Positions 19,101-34,100 of a stretch of DNA of 64,000 bases are shown piece after piece; the stretch's first letter is position 1, and each line of letters opens with the position of its first letter. The notes under the pieces are model-generated. The model was not told the origin of the DNA. It worked only from the letters and a program-made list of their open reading frames with translations, and did no database searches. A program made the position numbers and the translations under genes. The stretch covers positions 1,438,419 through 1,502,418 of the forward strand of contig MU058198.1 of NCBI GenBank assembly GCA_013265495.1. Direction: 5' to 3'. The DNA is from Vicugna vicugna (lineage: Eukaryota).

Positions 19101-22100
19101 ACTTATGGTATGTCAGGCACGACTAGTCTCGTATATTGCGCTTGCAGTACCTCATTGGTCTTCCCAATAATTGCATGAGGTAGAATTATAATTATTCTGT
19201 AAATGAAGAAACCTTTGTTTTAGGTTAAGGCACTTGTTCCTAACTTCTTAATATCTTAAGGCATTTAAGATGGTAGAGCTTGGTATTTGAACTCAGGTAG
19301 TGTGATTCCAGGCCTTGAACTCCTACAGTATTACTCTGCTGCCTCCCAGACCGAAATGAAAGTGGTAATTATCTGACATGTGACTCACTTTCACTTACCA
19401 TCTGTCTTTTGTCTGTTTTACCCTCCTCTTTTAAAACAATCATGAATTACTTTAATAACTAGATATAGGGGAAAGCTATTTTAAGGAGAGGATTAAAGTC
19501 TGACTCCTTATCTTAGACCACATTGATCTGTCTTGATCTGGCTCCCATTTCTCTCTCCTCTCATATCTCTGCTGCTCTGCAACGTGCAGTGTTGGCTCTA
19601 GCCAAACCAAACTACGTGTTTAGACACAGTGTTCCCTCCTACCCAGCTGATTCATGATTTGCAAGGTTCAGCCCTAGTATTTTCATCTCAATGATGCTGT
19701 CTCCAAAACTCTCCAACCCCCAAGGCAATTAGCCTCTTTGCTCCTATATCTTTATAGTAGCATTCACGTTTTATTGGAATTACCTGTTTCTGCATTTTTG
19801 CCATAGTAGAATGGACTCCTTGAGAGTATGAGTCATGTTTTATTTATCCTACTATCCCTAGCACATAGCCAAGTATCTGTAATTAAGGTTCTGTATCAAT
19901 ATTTATTAAATATCCTATTAATAAGATCATACCACAGGTTGTTGTTTTAAACCTTCGTTCCCAATTAATTAGAACCCTCCTTATGTCTAGATACATGCTA
20001 AAATTATCAGAAACTGGAATATTTTAAAAATTTGCCTTGTTTTGTTTCTATTCTTTATGCTCATAATTTGTTATGCTCTGATTTATCTTTGCAGAAAGCC
20101 CGCTTATCTACCATTTTATTTGCTGAAAACTATGAAGTAACCCATGACCAGCTATGTGATTTGCTGAAGTATGCAGTTCTGGGCAAATCCAGTGTTCCTA
20201 AACCCAGGTATGAGATGAACATAAATGGTGGGTATAGACTTGAAGTTTCAAACTGGTGTCTGAAGGATCACATCTGCCTGACATTATGTGCCGCACAGAC
20301 TATCCTAAACATTTTTTTTTACGGTAGTTGCCAACAATTTAAATTGGAAATCTCTGTATAAAAATCCAAATTTTTTACTTCTTCAAAAAAACTCAAAGAT
20401 CTGGCAGCTGTCCTTATATTTCCACATGACAAAAATTTATCGAAGCTGAATAGTGGCCTCCCCCTTTGGATGTACACTTCAATGTTCCACCTGGCCTGCA
20501 CCTGTTATTTACAGTCTCTGTCTGGCCACTTTAGGTATTTTGACTTGTAACCCCCAGTGGAGACCTGATTGGAATAACATGATCAAATGTTAAGAATCTC
20601 GATCTTTTTTCTCCTTTTACAAATCAAGAGCAAAGAGAATTTTCCTATTCTGGTATCCTCAGTGCCATTATAAAATGTCTAATGAAAATTGTGTTTATTT
20701 ATGTAATACACACTAGAGAGATTTTCGAATGTACACTTCTGTCTAGGGGGAGGTTGACTAGGTACATCAGAAGCCATCTTCTGCATTAACAGATACTGCC
20801 ATTATTCTGTCAGTTTATCTAAAACTAGCTTTCTTATAGCCAGTCATGTGGTCACTGGCTTACGAAGGACTATAGAGCAGAGTGGGATCTTGAAGATACA
20901 CCTTTGTAAACTGAGTTTGTTCCAATGTAAAACAAATCTTAATAGAATTTCAGATTTCGCATTCTGTTTCACTTGGTATTGTATGTAATTTGAATGGAAT
21001 AAATTATCTCAAGAGATCTTTATGTGAATTCTGTGCAATAATAGCTGTTCTCCATTTCCAGGCAATCAGTGGGTGATGATAAACTCCAATAGCTGTTGCT
21101 CACTGCTTTCTTCACACCCCTTATGTATGCCTGTAACTGACTTGATGGTATCACTCTTAGCTGTGTTGGTTTATTTTTCAACAGCTGGTGCCAGCTTTTT
21201 CACCAGAATCATCTGAACAACGTGGTGATTTTTGTACTGCAGGGAATGAGTCAGCTACACTTTTACAGGTTTTATTTGGAGTTTGGATTTTTCCGAAAGA
21301 TATTCAGACATGTAAGTTAAGAAAACTTTGTATTAGAACCTGACTCAGGTCTTCCCATCTAGAGACCAGTGCACATGTCTCAAACCGTGCTTCTTGGCAA
21401 CCTGATTGAACAAGCAATAGATGTTGTAGAAAGCAAAAAAAGACTAAGACTGAGACCTTGTGTTGAGATTAGAATTAGATTTGTCTCTGATTTTTCTTTA
21501 GTAATCTCGGCAAAACACTTATTCCCGGATTGCAATCTGTAGTTCCCAGATCATAGTTGATATTGTCCCGTTTTATTTGGGCTATGGTGTTTAAAAAAAT
21601 ATAAAATGTATGGGGGGCGGGTATAGCTCAGTGATATACTGCGTGACTAACATGCACAAGGTCCTGGGTTCAATCACCAGTACCTCTGTTTAAATAAATA
21701 GATAAATAGATACCTCTCTCCTCCCCCCAAAATTGTAAAATTTACATAAAATATTTTTTTTGGGGGCCTCTTAACAACATTACAAGATTAAGTTCCTTCA
21801 AAACAACAGCACCTGGAGCTGAATAGAAGCTGTCTTCTTTAGAAGAGGCATGCTCTCTCCATTGTCCCATAGCCTCCTCCATTTATCGCACTGTTTCATC
21901 TATTTACCACTGAGAGCATTTGAATTGGTGAGCTCTAACTTAATCTCCTTGGGTCTTCATTTTCTTTTTTGCTTTCTTTTATTGAACACTATGTGCTAGG
22001 CCCTATTATTAATCATGCTGCATACATCATCTCTAATTCTCACAGTAGTCCTATAAGAGAGAGAATTTTTAATTCCCATTTTATACAGAAGGAAACTGAG

Positions 22101-25100
22101 TAACTTGCCCAAGTTACATCTAGTAAGTGGTAGAGCTGGAATTTAAGCCCAGGTGAGCCTGAGGCTTTAACTCTCAACCTCTTTGCTTTGCTGTCTTCTA
22201 CTTGGCATGTTATCCACTGAAGTAATAGATATGAAAGTGCTTTGAAAAATATAAGGGGCTTTGCTTTTCTAAGTTACACATTTTTGTAATGTTTATTTCT
22301 TTTCTACAATGTGTAATCAGAGAAGCAAAGAAAATCTCTGGGGTGGGATAGATGTGGCTTCACTTACCTAGTCACTTTTATGCATTAAGGAAAGAGTCCT
22401 CATTTTATACTGCAAACAGTTAAGGTCCAGACCTTTCATAGCTTTGGGCTGACAGTAAAAGCCTAGGTCTTTGACAGTATTTTAACTGCTTTCAAGCATT
22501 TTTGTAAAAACCTGTTAATGTATTTTCAGAAATTCCGCTTGCCTCCTCCATCATCTGATTTTCTAGCTGATATCATTGGGCTGCATAAGAAACAAACAAC
22601 TGGGGATCTGTCCAGAGCAATGGAAGGTATGGCTGTGACTCTGGTTTGATGTTTTCTTGTTCTAAAAGATACTATGTGTACACTTAAAAGTAGTTTAATT
22701 AGTCAGGTTTATTCTTGCAAGCAACAAAACTCAATTTTAAGTAACTTAAGCAGAAAAGCAATTTTTAAAGAAAAAGGTAAGAACCAAGAGAGATTAGACC
22801 GCAGGAAACATAGCCAAGGTTAATGCCTCAAAAACCATTTGATTAGGTTAGATAGCAAAGTCTGCCCCCCTGGATATCACTGACATCGGACTCTTAGAAA
22901 TTACTGTGAATAATTTTTAAACTGTCATTGGGTCGTTGTACCTGCAAGTGTACCGATGGGAAGGAAGATCCTGCCTTTGACTAATGTAGGGGGCATTCAC
23001 TAATACTACTTACAGTGGGGAATAGGCAGGAGGTTTGGATGCTGGCCAGCTAAAATATAAATATCCATGATAGCAGTGTTTTTCAAACTGGGGGTTGTGT
23101 CCCCTTAGCTAGGTTTAGCTAACCTGTTTTGAGGAGGCAAAGAGGTGAGTGATGGAATAGAACAGAAATTAATCAGAGTTCATTGTACATAGTAAGGTAT
23201 TATTGTTCAATAATGCTTTTGTGTGTGTTCAGAAGTAATTAAATTATTGAATAGTTGCACTAAGGAGATATGGAAAAGTGGTGAGGAGTAACCAGTGATT
23301 CCTTTCCACCTCCTTCAGGACTGTTTCCTATTAACTTCTATCTCAAAGGCATCTAACTTTCTACCTTTCCATCGTTCCCCTCTCCTTCTAATAGATGTCC
23401 ATGTCTGACCTGCAGCTTTAATTTGACCTCCACTTTATTTTGAACATGTTTGAGTGAATCACAGAGTACCCATGAGATTCAAATCTCATGTAAAGATACC
23501 AAGTTGTAAAAGAAATACTGTAATCAGGAAAAAGAAACTGATATGGCTGAAGAATATAGATTGTTGGGGGTTATTGATGGGTTGGAGATGACATAGGAGG
23601 TAGTGATAAGAGAGGAAGCTGAGAGGTAGGTTAAAGCTTTGTCCTGTGGGCTGTAAATGCCATGCTAAGCACTTTGGGTTTTATTCTGTAAGCACTGAGG
23701 AGCTAAAGGGTTATAGCTACTTCTCTGTCCTCTTAAGGATTTTGCTTCAGAGTCCTCAATGCATAGTCCATAGCACTTTGATTTTCCTTCAGTTCAGTCT
23801 TTCCTTTGAAATACGGATCTGTTCTCAAGTTTACCTATTATTCTTCTGTGGATAAGTCCTCTATCTTTATAGTTTGATGTTCCAGTTTCCAGGCTTGGAT
23901 TTTCAACTGCCTGTTGGATGTTACTTGGATACTCCACTGTACTCTGAATCATAACATATCTAAAAGCATTTTTCTCTCACCCCTGAATAGCAGGCTCCCA
24001 TCTTCAGATCCCATTTTTATTGGTGCCATTTTTCTCTAAGACTTAAGTCTTGAATTTAGAATTACTTTTCTTTTGGCTTCCCATATACTGTCTTCACAGG
24101 TCATTCCCTTTGCTCTCATGGATCTCTATTCAAATGTTACTTTATTAGAGCATAAAATACATGACATTAGCATTTTTCCTGCCCCAGCACTCTCTTTCCT
24201 CCTTTTTGTCCTTTACTTTTCTCCATAGTACTTATCCTCACCTGATGTATTATATATTTGTTTATTGTCCATTTGTTTATTATCCCTCTTCCTGGATAGA
24301 ATTTAAGAGAACTTTGTTGATTTTGTTCATTGGGGAAATCTGTTGGCTAGGACAGCAATGCCAGGCATACAATAAGTACTCAGTAAATATTTTATTGACT
24401 GAACTGAATTATTCTGTCACTATGTTCTACCAGTTTTTCTTGTGTGGTGTTTCTTTCATGCGTTCTTTTCCTTCATCCCTTCCACCATCTTAATCCAGAT
24501 TGTTTGTTTTGTATTTTTTGCCAAAAATACTGCAAAGCCATTTTTCATTTTTGTCTTTCTACTTCATTTTCCACAGATCTTTGAGGTTGATCTTTATTAA
24601 AATATTGTTTGATTATGCCACTTCCCTTCTTAGGAACTTTCTGTTGCCCTACATTACGTATGGAATGAGGGACTTAAGTCCAAACTCTTGAGCCCGGCAT
24701 TTGCAGTGGTCTACAATACTCCATTATTCTATCTCAGCCTTATTTCCTATACTGCTCTTCTATACAGACCTTTTTTCCTCCCCAGACTGGTCTAGTCACT
24801 ACCATACCATGTTTGCTTTGTTCATTTCTGTCCTACTGGAATGCCCTCTTTCCTACTTCTGATACTTCAGTCCTTTTGGTTGCAAGGACCTAATACTCAT
24901 TTAGGCCACCTCAAGTGAGAGGTTATTATTTCAAGGATGCATGTGGACAAAAGCCATCAAGGATCGAAGTGCCTCTGGTGAAGAGCTGTTCTCTGTCCTT
25001 TCATGGCATCTTAGCTTCTTTGTTTTCTGCTCTAACTGATGAGTTCTCTGTTTCCTAGTTCAATTCTGGAAGCAAGCAACTTAATCATCTTAGCTAATTA

Positions 25101-28100
25101 CCTATGTCTCTCTTGAATATGTCTTGATGAGGAATGTCAAGTCACTAGTCAGTTTATAGATAGATCCCTTGATAGCCGGGTGTCCATTCTTAATCTGGTC
25201 AGTGACCACCCTGTTTAAAGAACCAACAGGTGCTTGAGCAGGTGGTTAGGGGTGGAGTAGGTTTAGTTATAATGGGCTGTTAGGAGTGGCAGACACTAAC
25301 GGACTGTTCTAATATAACAACTCTCTGAATTCTGCCTTTTCTTTAAGACTCAGCTTATCTTTTCCTCTCTTGAACCATCTCTGACCATCTGAGCCAGTGT
25401 ATTCTTCCTTTCCCTTTTATACCTTCTATTATTATAACCCACTTTAGACTTATCTTCTCTTTATGTTCCTGTAAGTGTATTAGAGTACAAGCTCCTTAAA
25501 AGTTGGGGCACTGGGTCTTATAAGTCTTTTGATCTTCACTGTGCTTACCCTATACAGCATTAAAAGACATGTCCTTGGAGATGTCTTAAACACACATTCT
25601 AACATACATTTGGTTGTTCTTGTTTCAGAGTCTTTACCTTCTGCCAGCCCAAAAGTCAGCAGCAACCTACAGAATGACCCCATCATTCAAAAGTACGGCT
25701 CTAAGAAAGTGGGCTTGACCAGATGCCTTCTTACAAAAGAGGAAATGAAAACATACCACTTTCCATTACAAGGTTGGTTTAGATTTAATCTGATGTTGGT
25801 AACAATGGAAGAGTATCAATTTAAAAAGAAATACTACTGTTGAAAGTTTATTTTTATGGGCTGCTTTCCAAGTGACTTATTCCATCTTCTGTTAATGAGG
25901 AAATGCTTTAAGCGCAATTGTTTCCTAAAGTGTTGAGTGTGTACCTGATTGATTTTAGGTAGTATATGAACAAGACCTTAAATAGCATTGAAATATTTTG
26001 TGGGAAACTTATTCCTTTTTCATTTTTCCTTCAGTCCTTCTTAGAACATTAAGAAGAATGTTTTTTTAACACTTCTCTAGTACTTCTAATCTTTCAACCA
26101 CCCCACCTCCTATTTTCTTTAATAAATATGACAGATCTAGGCTCAGAGCTTCGGTCAATTATGTAGCAAGAATTTAATAAAAATGCTTTTTCTCTTTTAT
26201 TTATTACCTCTTAATCACAGTAGTAATTAAGTTAAAATTGCTTAAAAAAATACCTATTGAGATATAGTTAACCTACTATATAGTTCACTCGTTTAAAGTA
26301 TACAATTCAGTATGTTTACAGAGTTTTACAACCATCACCACAACCAATTTAGGACACTTTCATCACCACAAAAGAAATCAACGCCCTTTAGTCTAGGAAA
26401 TCAGCAGTTACTTTCTGTTAATAGATGTACCTATTGTGGATATAAATGGAATTATACAATATGTGTTCTTTTATAACTGGCTTAGCATAAAGCTTTCAAG
26501 GTTCATGCATGTTGTAGCATGTATCATTACTTCATTTACTTTGATTCTAATGATAATCTGTGTATGGATATACAACATTAATCCATTCATCAGTTGATGA
26601 CATTTGGGTTGTTTCTATTTTTTGCTATTAGTAATAATGCTGCTGTGAACATTCAGATACAAATTTTTGTGTGGACATGTATTTTTATTTTTCTTGGGTA
26701 TATATCTAGGAGTAGATCATATGGTAGCTCTATGTTTAACCTTTTAAGGGAAATACCAGACTGTTTTACAAAGCAAGTGTACCATTTTACATACCCTCCA
26801 GCAATGTAAAAGGGTTCCAATTTCTGCACATCCTTACCAACACTTGCCATGTTCTGTCTTTTTGATTATACCCTTTGTAGTGTGTATGAAATAGTATCTC
26901 ATTGTGATTTTGGTTTTGCATTTCTCTGATGGCTGATGATGCTGACCGTCTTTTTATATGCTTACTGGTCATTCATATATCTTTTTCAGATCCTTTGTCC
27001 ATTTTTTAATTGGGCTTTTTTAAATTGAGTTATTGGAGTTCTTTTTATATTCTGACATAAATTTCCTTTCAAAGTAGATTTATTTAAGTGAAAAAGCTAT
27101 CTGTAAAATGGAATTAATAGTTCATATGTCATAGGATTGCCATGAGGATTAACTGAGTTAATATACAAAAAGAGCTTGCCATGGGGCACATAGTGCTTTA
27201 AAAAGTTAAGTCTTTTTGTTACTATTGCTACTAGTAATATAGATAGGGAGGGCAGCAAGCATAATGTCTCCCAGATTTGAGGATACTGCTTTTCTGGTCT
27301 ATATTGTATTTTGATTCTTTTCATTGTAACCAGTTGGAAATTTCAGGGTACTGTGACATAGAGACTCGTCAAAGCTTTTCATACTCCCCTAATTTCTTGT
27401 CAAACAAGATCTAGGCATTACCTTTACTGTTTCAACCTCTAAAGGTAGAACTCTTCAATCATTCAGACACTTTTGGGCCTCTAAGCTGAATGTGACTGGT
27501 TATTGACTTAGGGTATACAATGGAGGGGCCCCCTGTACCCTAAACCTAGATCTTAGCCTCTAGGGAATTTTCAGGTTATGATTCCAGAAAATGAGGCACA
27601 TTATTAAACAGAGATCTCAGAGGAATTTTAAGGGTGGTGCTGGGTGCAAGTGTGTGTGTGGTGAATGTTAGTTAAAAATTCTGCCTACAGTGGAATCCTT
27701 TTAGATCTCTTCTATGGTGGAATCTCATTCCTACTTTTTCTTGTTTTGGGAAAAAAGATGCCACATGCAGTCATTTGCATACTTTATTTAATCCTCCCTT
27801 AATGCCTGTATGGAAAGGGTCCAGTGACTTTGGATTTAGTGATAATTTAGTTATTTATTTTCTAATGAGGGAAAAATTGTTACTTGTTAACTGCAAGGGA
27901 GTCTAGGCCCTAGTATCTCTAATAATAGCAACCTACATTATTCTCCCAGAATATAAAATTGAGTAGATGGAGAAAAAAACTGAGGACAAAAATTCTTTTA
28001 TTTAATCTTTTTATTTCAAGTATCTAACATAGAGAAGGTGCCCTGCAAATGTGGTATTTCGGTTTTCCATGGATAAATCTAGAGGTGCTGTTTACTGTTT

Positions 28101-31100
28101 CTAAAGGCAAATATTTCATTCCTTTTCCTCCTAGGTTTTCCTGATTGTGAAAACTTTGTACCTACCAAATGTAATGGTTCTATAACAGACAACAGTCCTC
28201 TCTTTGGGCTTGACTGTGAAATGGTAAGTACTACTCTTAATTTTTCAGCTGGGGTGTCGCAAACTAGGGTCTAGTTTTCTTGAGTGCACTCAATTTCAGT
28301 ATTTAAATGACTGAAAGTAGACCCTTTTACTCACATTTTAGAAAATTTGGATCTTTGCTTCAGGATGAAGATTAAATATCACATAAATTTTCTAACTAGT
28401 TGATATGTTTAATCTAATTTTTAAACATTACCAGAAGTTTATTCCTTCTCTTTTGAACAAGTGTTTTGTTGTTGTTGCCTTGAAGACTTTGCATCAATTA
28501 CTGTCAGTTTGGCTTAGTTTTACACATTAAAGACCACAAGTAGGATTTCCCTGCTTAATCTCCCCTTGTGTTTTACTTTGTCTAATTAGCAAGTCTCCTT
28601 TCAAAGGCAGTGTATCTCCTCTCACTTAGAACTCAGTTCTTAACAGAGTGACTAATGCTAAAGATTTGGAGTCTGTCGTGTGCCTTTCCTGTCATCCTGG
28701 ACAAATTCCCTAATTATCCCTCTGTGAAGTGGAGATAATAATAGAGGTTACTTCATAGGGTCATTATGAGGTAGTATATATGAAATGCTTGGTATTGCAT
28801 TAGATAATAATAGAGTGTGCTAATAAAAATTACTTTAAAGTGGTACTTATACTAGGATGTAGTACTGAGTAAATGGTATGATTATAGTTGATGTTACTAT
28901 TTCTGCCTCTCTTCCTTGAGCATATCTTTCCCAGAGAAACTGTACTATGTTGGCTTCCTTAAGTGTAATGTTCAACAGGCTGCCTAGCTTTAATTTCATT
29001 CATACTGGATCCTCTAGTCAGCAAAAGGCTGTGCCATCATCACAGAGATCCCAAGTTGATGACAGTTGACATGTCTTGAATAATGAGAGGGAGCAAGGGC
29101 TTACATGGTTCAGCAACCTGACTACATCCTGGTCTTTTAGTGCCTCACATCCAAGGGGAGAGAACTAACACGCATCTCACTGGTTGCTGAAGGAGGCTGC
29201 TGTGTTATGGATGAACTTGTTAAACCTGACAACAAGATTGTGGATTACCTCACCAGGTATTTTTCATCCTGCCTCCAGCTCTTCCTATAGCTGTCAGGCT
29301 AGAGTCGAATGAGACTTAAAAGGAATAGCCTGTAGCCTCTGTTTGGTTTGGTGTTATTTACTTACATAATTATGAAAGAAAAGGCTGGAGTGCCACAGCT
29401 ATAAATTTTAATACTGAAATTGCATAATGTTGGTATATAATGCGCTTACCCTTCTTGTTCTCTAATCTTCCTGTGACCTTAAGTCACCAGAATAATGTCT
29501 TCCTTGTCATTGAACCTGCCAGTTTTAATCATTATCTAGCAGCTGCCAAACAGCTTTGTCCTTTGATAAGACCTCATCTGAAAAATCTGCAAGTCATCAT
29601 TTGGAAGTCAAATAATCTTAGAGCTTAATCTGCCTTGACCTCAAAAATCAAAACTTTTTCCATAACGGAACTTTGAGACTCAAAAATTGTGTCTGTCTTT
29701 CCAAAGATTAGCATGTATTTTCAGAATGTGCACACTATAGTGATTAGGCAAAGAAAAGCCAGTGAAACATCATTGTTTCTGTCCATTGTAATTGTACCTA
29801 TCAATTCATGCTTATTTAGGCACAGAGAGATCATGATAGTTAATAAAGACTGTCCTGTTAGCAGACATGACAGACAGTATTCTTAGGAAACAGTCATGTG
29901 TGGCAAAGATGTATGTATCAGCAGGTTTGTCAGTGTTAGAAAAATACGGGAATATACAAGTCTGAAAGTAGGGGATTGGTTAAAATCTTATATTCATCTA
30001 ATGGAGTATTCTAACCATTTAAAAGGATGTTCTGAAATAGATTTATTGATGTGAGAACTTGTTCATGATATATAACATGTTACAATCATGTTATAAAGTA
30101 GCATATGCATTATGATTGCATTTTTATAAATAATGAAGTATATACCAATATATATGTATCAAAGATACGAAAGGATATTTACTAAAACGTAAAAAGTGAT
30201 CTCTTGGTGGTGGGACTATGGGCAGTTTTTAATTTCTTTGATTTTCATCATTTTTACATTTTAATTTAAGAAGAATTTTTTTGAAATGACTTTCCATTAT
30301 TAATATCCTGGTGTGCCCATTTCTCTTTTTATATCGAAAGTTTTTCAGGAATCACCAAGAAGATTCTTAACCCAGTGACAACCAAACTCAAAGATGTACA
30401 GAGACAATTAAAAGCACTGCTTCCTCCCAATGCTATATTAGTGGGCCACTCCTTAGATTTAGATCTCAGAGCACTGAAAGTGAGTATCTGATTTAGCACT
30501 TAGCTTTTCTATGTGCCTCTTTCGTTTATTTCAAATCTACTTTCTATCCCCCAACCCACTTGTTTTTTCCTTTATAAAGGACTCTACTCATTCTGTTCTC
30601 TTTCCTCCTCAGATGATACATCCATATGTTATTGATACATCATTGCTTTATGTCAGAGAGCAGGGCAGAAGATTTAAGCTCAAATTCTTAGCTAAAGCTA
30701 TTTTGGGGTAGGTAGGTTTGCATATAATGTTTTCCTGATAGATTGCGCATAAGTTAGCATGTTGTATCTTATTTAATGCATAGTGCAAAGTTCAGAGTCT
30801 CTGCTCTCCCTCTTAGTTTGTAAACATTACTATGAATTCTGGGATCCTAACACAAGAGAAGTATGACTCTGAAATGAAAAAATTGTGGGAATAGAAAAAG
30901 GAATTTTATTCACAGTTGAAAGCTGATGGGTAGAACTAGACAGGGAGAGGCAGAAAAGTTACCCAAAATTTCAAAACATAACATTCCTATATTGAATGTA
31001 TCCTCTTATGTACAAATGTATGTACAATAATGTTCACTATAGTATGGTTTAAAATAGTCCAAAAAGCTGCATATATTCTACTATTTAAATAAATTATAGT

Positions 31101-34100
31101 TATTTGTATCATTGATACTTTGTTATTGAATGTGATGGGTCTTTATGTGCTAATAAGGAAACTTCTTAAGATGCTACTGAGAATAAAATGGAGATGCAGA
31201 AAGCCATTCCTGATCATTGTACATCATCAGTACCTCTCAGTTCCTGGCACTAAGTAATAAAGAAATCATGATGTAACTCAAATCTGATTATTAGAGTGCT
31301 GAAATTTTACATGTAGCCAGAATATTTGGGGTGGTTGAAAGAATCTTATCATTAAAAATGCTCCCAGGTACGTTAATTTTACCTTTACTTTCCAGGAAGG
31401 ATATACAGTGTTCAGATAGACTTGGTCATGATGCCACAGAAGATGCTAGAACAACCCTTGAGTTGGCTCGATATTTCCTTAAGTATGGCCCAAAGAAGGT
31501 TAGTATGTTTTCTTTCCTTAAAATTATGGGACTAGAACAGAGAGTCGCAGACCACCAATCTAATGCTATTACCTTTCTTTACAAAAATAGGAGTGTAATT
31601 CAAGCTGAACATGTATTTGAAATTAAGACCTACATTAGTAGCATAATATAGTGGTTAAATTATAATAGTATTAGTCTCTGAAGTTGGACTTACCTCTTTT
31701 AAAATATGGACTGTCACAGGTCTGGCTATAGGATCTAGGGCAATTTCTCTGAACAACTAACTTCAGTTTCTAGATCTGTAAAATGGGAACACACTTTTCT
31801 GGGATATTGGTGAGGATAAAAGAGATACTATGCAGTATAAAGCTCTTAGCACAGTGCTTGAATATATTAAGCACCATAATGTGTTCACCATTGTAGCTGA
31901 TGCTAATAATTGTAATAATTATAAAAAAATCTACGTAGATTTTTGCTTTTTTAGGGTGACAGTCGCATATCATTGTTTCAACAGCAGTTCAACAGGCACA
32001 GATTAGAACATCACATAATAAAGGAGGCATTGAAAAGGAAATAGTTTCTGACAGACCTGTTATAATGCATTCTAATCTGTTAGATTGTCCCATTGCATAA
32101 TATTGTATATCATAACCCCATTATGAAACGAATTGTAGTCCATGTTGAATAATAAAAAGCCAGAATAGTATTTTGTGTCATGGTGGTAGAAAGACATTGT
32201 AAAATATTTTATTGGACATGCAAATAATAATGGCCACCATTTACTGAGATCTTACTAAGTGTACTATTCTAAAATGCTTTGTATACATTATCTTATCCTT
32301 ATAGCAACCCTATAAATTCACTATTATTATTCCAATTTTTGTGTATGAGCATTCTGAGGTTTTTGAAAGGTTAGATAACTTACTGAGGGTTCTACAGTTA
32401 GTGCTGGAACCAGGACGCAAACCAAGGTCTGTCAGATTCTAAAGGCTGTCTTTGCTCTACGTTAGGAACTAGCAGACTTTTTCTGTAAAGGCCAAATAGT
32501 AAATATTTTAGGCTTTACAGGCCTTGCTATCTATTGTAGCTACTCAGCTTACTATTGGTACTGCAGAAGCAACCAAAACAGTATGTCAGTGAAAGGGCAC
32601 AGCTGTGTGCCAATAAAACTTTATTTACAAAAAACAGGCATTGAACTGGACTTGATCTAATGACTGGACTATGCCAGCCCCTACTCTAAGCCACTACGTT
32701 AGAGGTTCTAAAAAACTTGGTCTCAGGACCCATTTATCCTCAAAGAGCTTTATGTTTATGTGGGTCATATCTATCAACATTTATCATATTAGAAGTTACG
32801 TTTGAGAAAATTTATATTTATTGTATTTATTAATTTGTTAAAATATTTTTTAAAACCATTACATGTTAATACAAAAATTATGGAGAAAAGCCATTTTCAA
32901 AAAAATTTATAGTAAGAGCATCATATTTTTTACATATTTTGCAGATCTCCTTAATGTCTAGCTTACTAGGAGACAAGTGATTTTTCTCATATTCATTTTA
33001 CATTCAATCTGTGGGTTATGTAGTTAAGAAGGGAGTACCTCATGAACTTGCCCTGAAAGGGTCTCTCGAACCCATAGGAGTTCTCAGACAACACTTTGAG
33101 AACCACTGCATTCTGTTATGCTGCCACTTGATTTCCAGGAAAAATTGTATCTCACTTGGGTCAAATCTAAGGAAATCTAAATTAAGCATGGACTTTTGTT
33201 AATAATAACATATCAATAGTGGTTCATTAATTGTGTCATATACCATTCTAATCTAAGATATTAATAATAGTTGAAAATGAGAGTAAGGTATATATGGGAA
33301 CTCTACTATCTTCATAATTTTTCTGCAAATCTAAAATGATTCTAAGTAAAAAAACCTGTATCTCTACACATCAAAACTCCCAAGTGTTCACTTTAAAGAA
33401 TAAGTCGAATACTTTTCATGATTTTGTATTAAACCAATAAAAAGCCCTTTTTTTTACGTTGCCATGAAAGCCATTCTTTTATCATTTCCCAAAGTTGCGT
33501 GTTTGCAGAGAATTAATTTTAAGTGACCATGGAATGAATGATGAGGCAAAATTGCCATTGCTTTTCACTTAGCCCTACTTGGCCCTGTCCCGTACTCATG
33601 TGACATCAGCAGCAGCTGGTAACAGATTGCCCTTCTTGGCTAAGCAGCCAAAAACCATCTGGTAACTCTGAAGCCAGCCTGGGACTGTGGCAACAGCAAA
33701 GCCACTGTCTACAGAAGCAGAGAACACCACTGGAGTGGGTTTTTCTTGGATTGTTTTGTTTTGTTTTGTTTTGTTAAGCCTCAAACACTTTGCAAGATAT
33801 TAGATGATTTTTACCACTTTATTTTCTTTAAGATTGCAGAACTAAATCTGGAGGCATTAGCTAGTCACCAAGAACTGCATGCAGCAGGCCAAGAGCTGAG
33901 AAATACAGTGGAAGTAGTTCAGCAACTAAACACAAGGTAACACTTTTCACTTCTAAACAGTTGCAGAGACAAATGAATTATCTGGTTTCTTATTTAACAA
34001 TAAAACCTGGCAATTTTTTTTTCTCTTTTGAGTCTGTTGAGGAATGTTTACCAATAAATAGTGTGAGTAACATTTTTCCATCACAGAAACCATGGAGGGA

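Noticed and set aside
26594..26972. ORFs with protein-like sequence in a REXO5 intron
   Set aside because: Decayed, frameshifted L1 ORF2 remnants, not a host gene.
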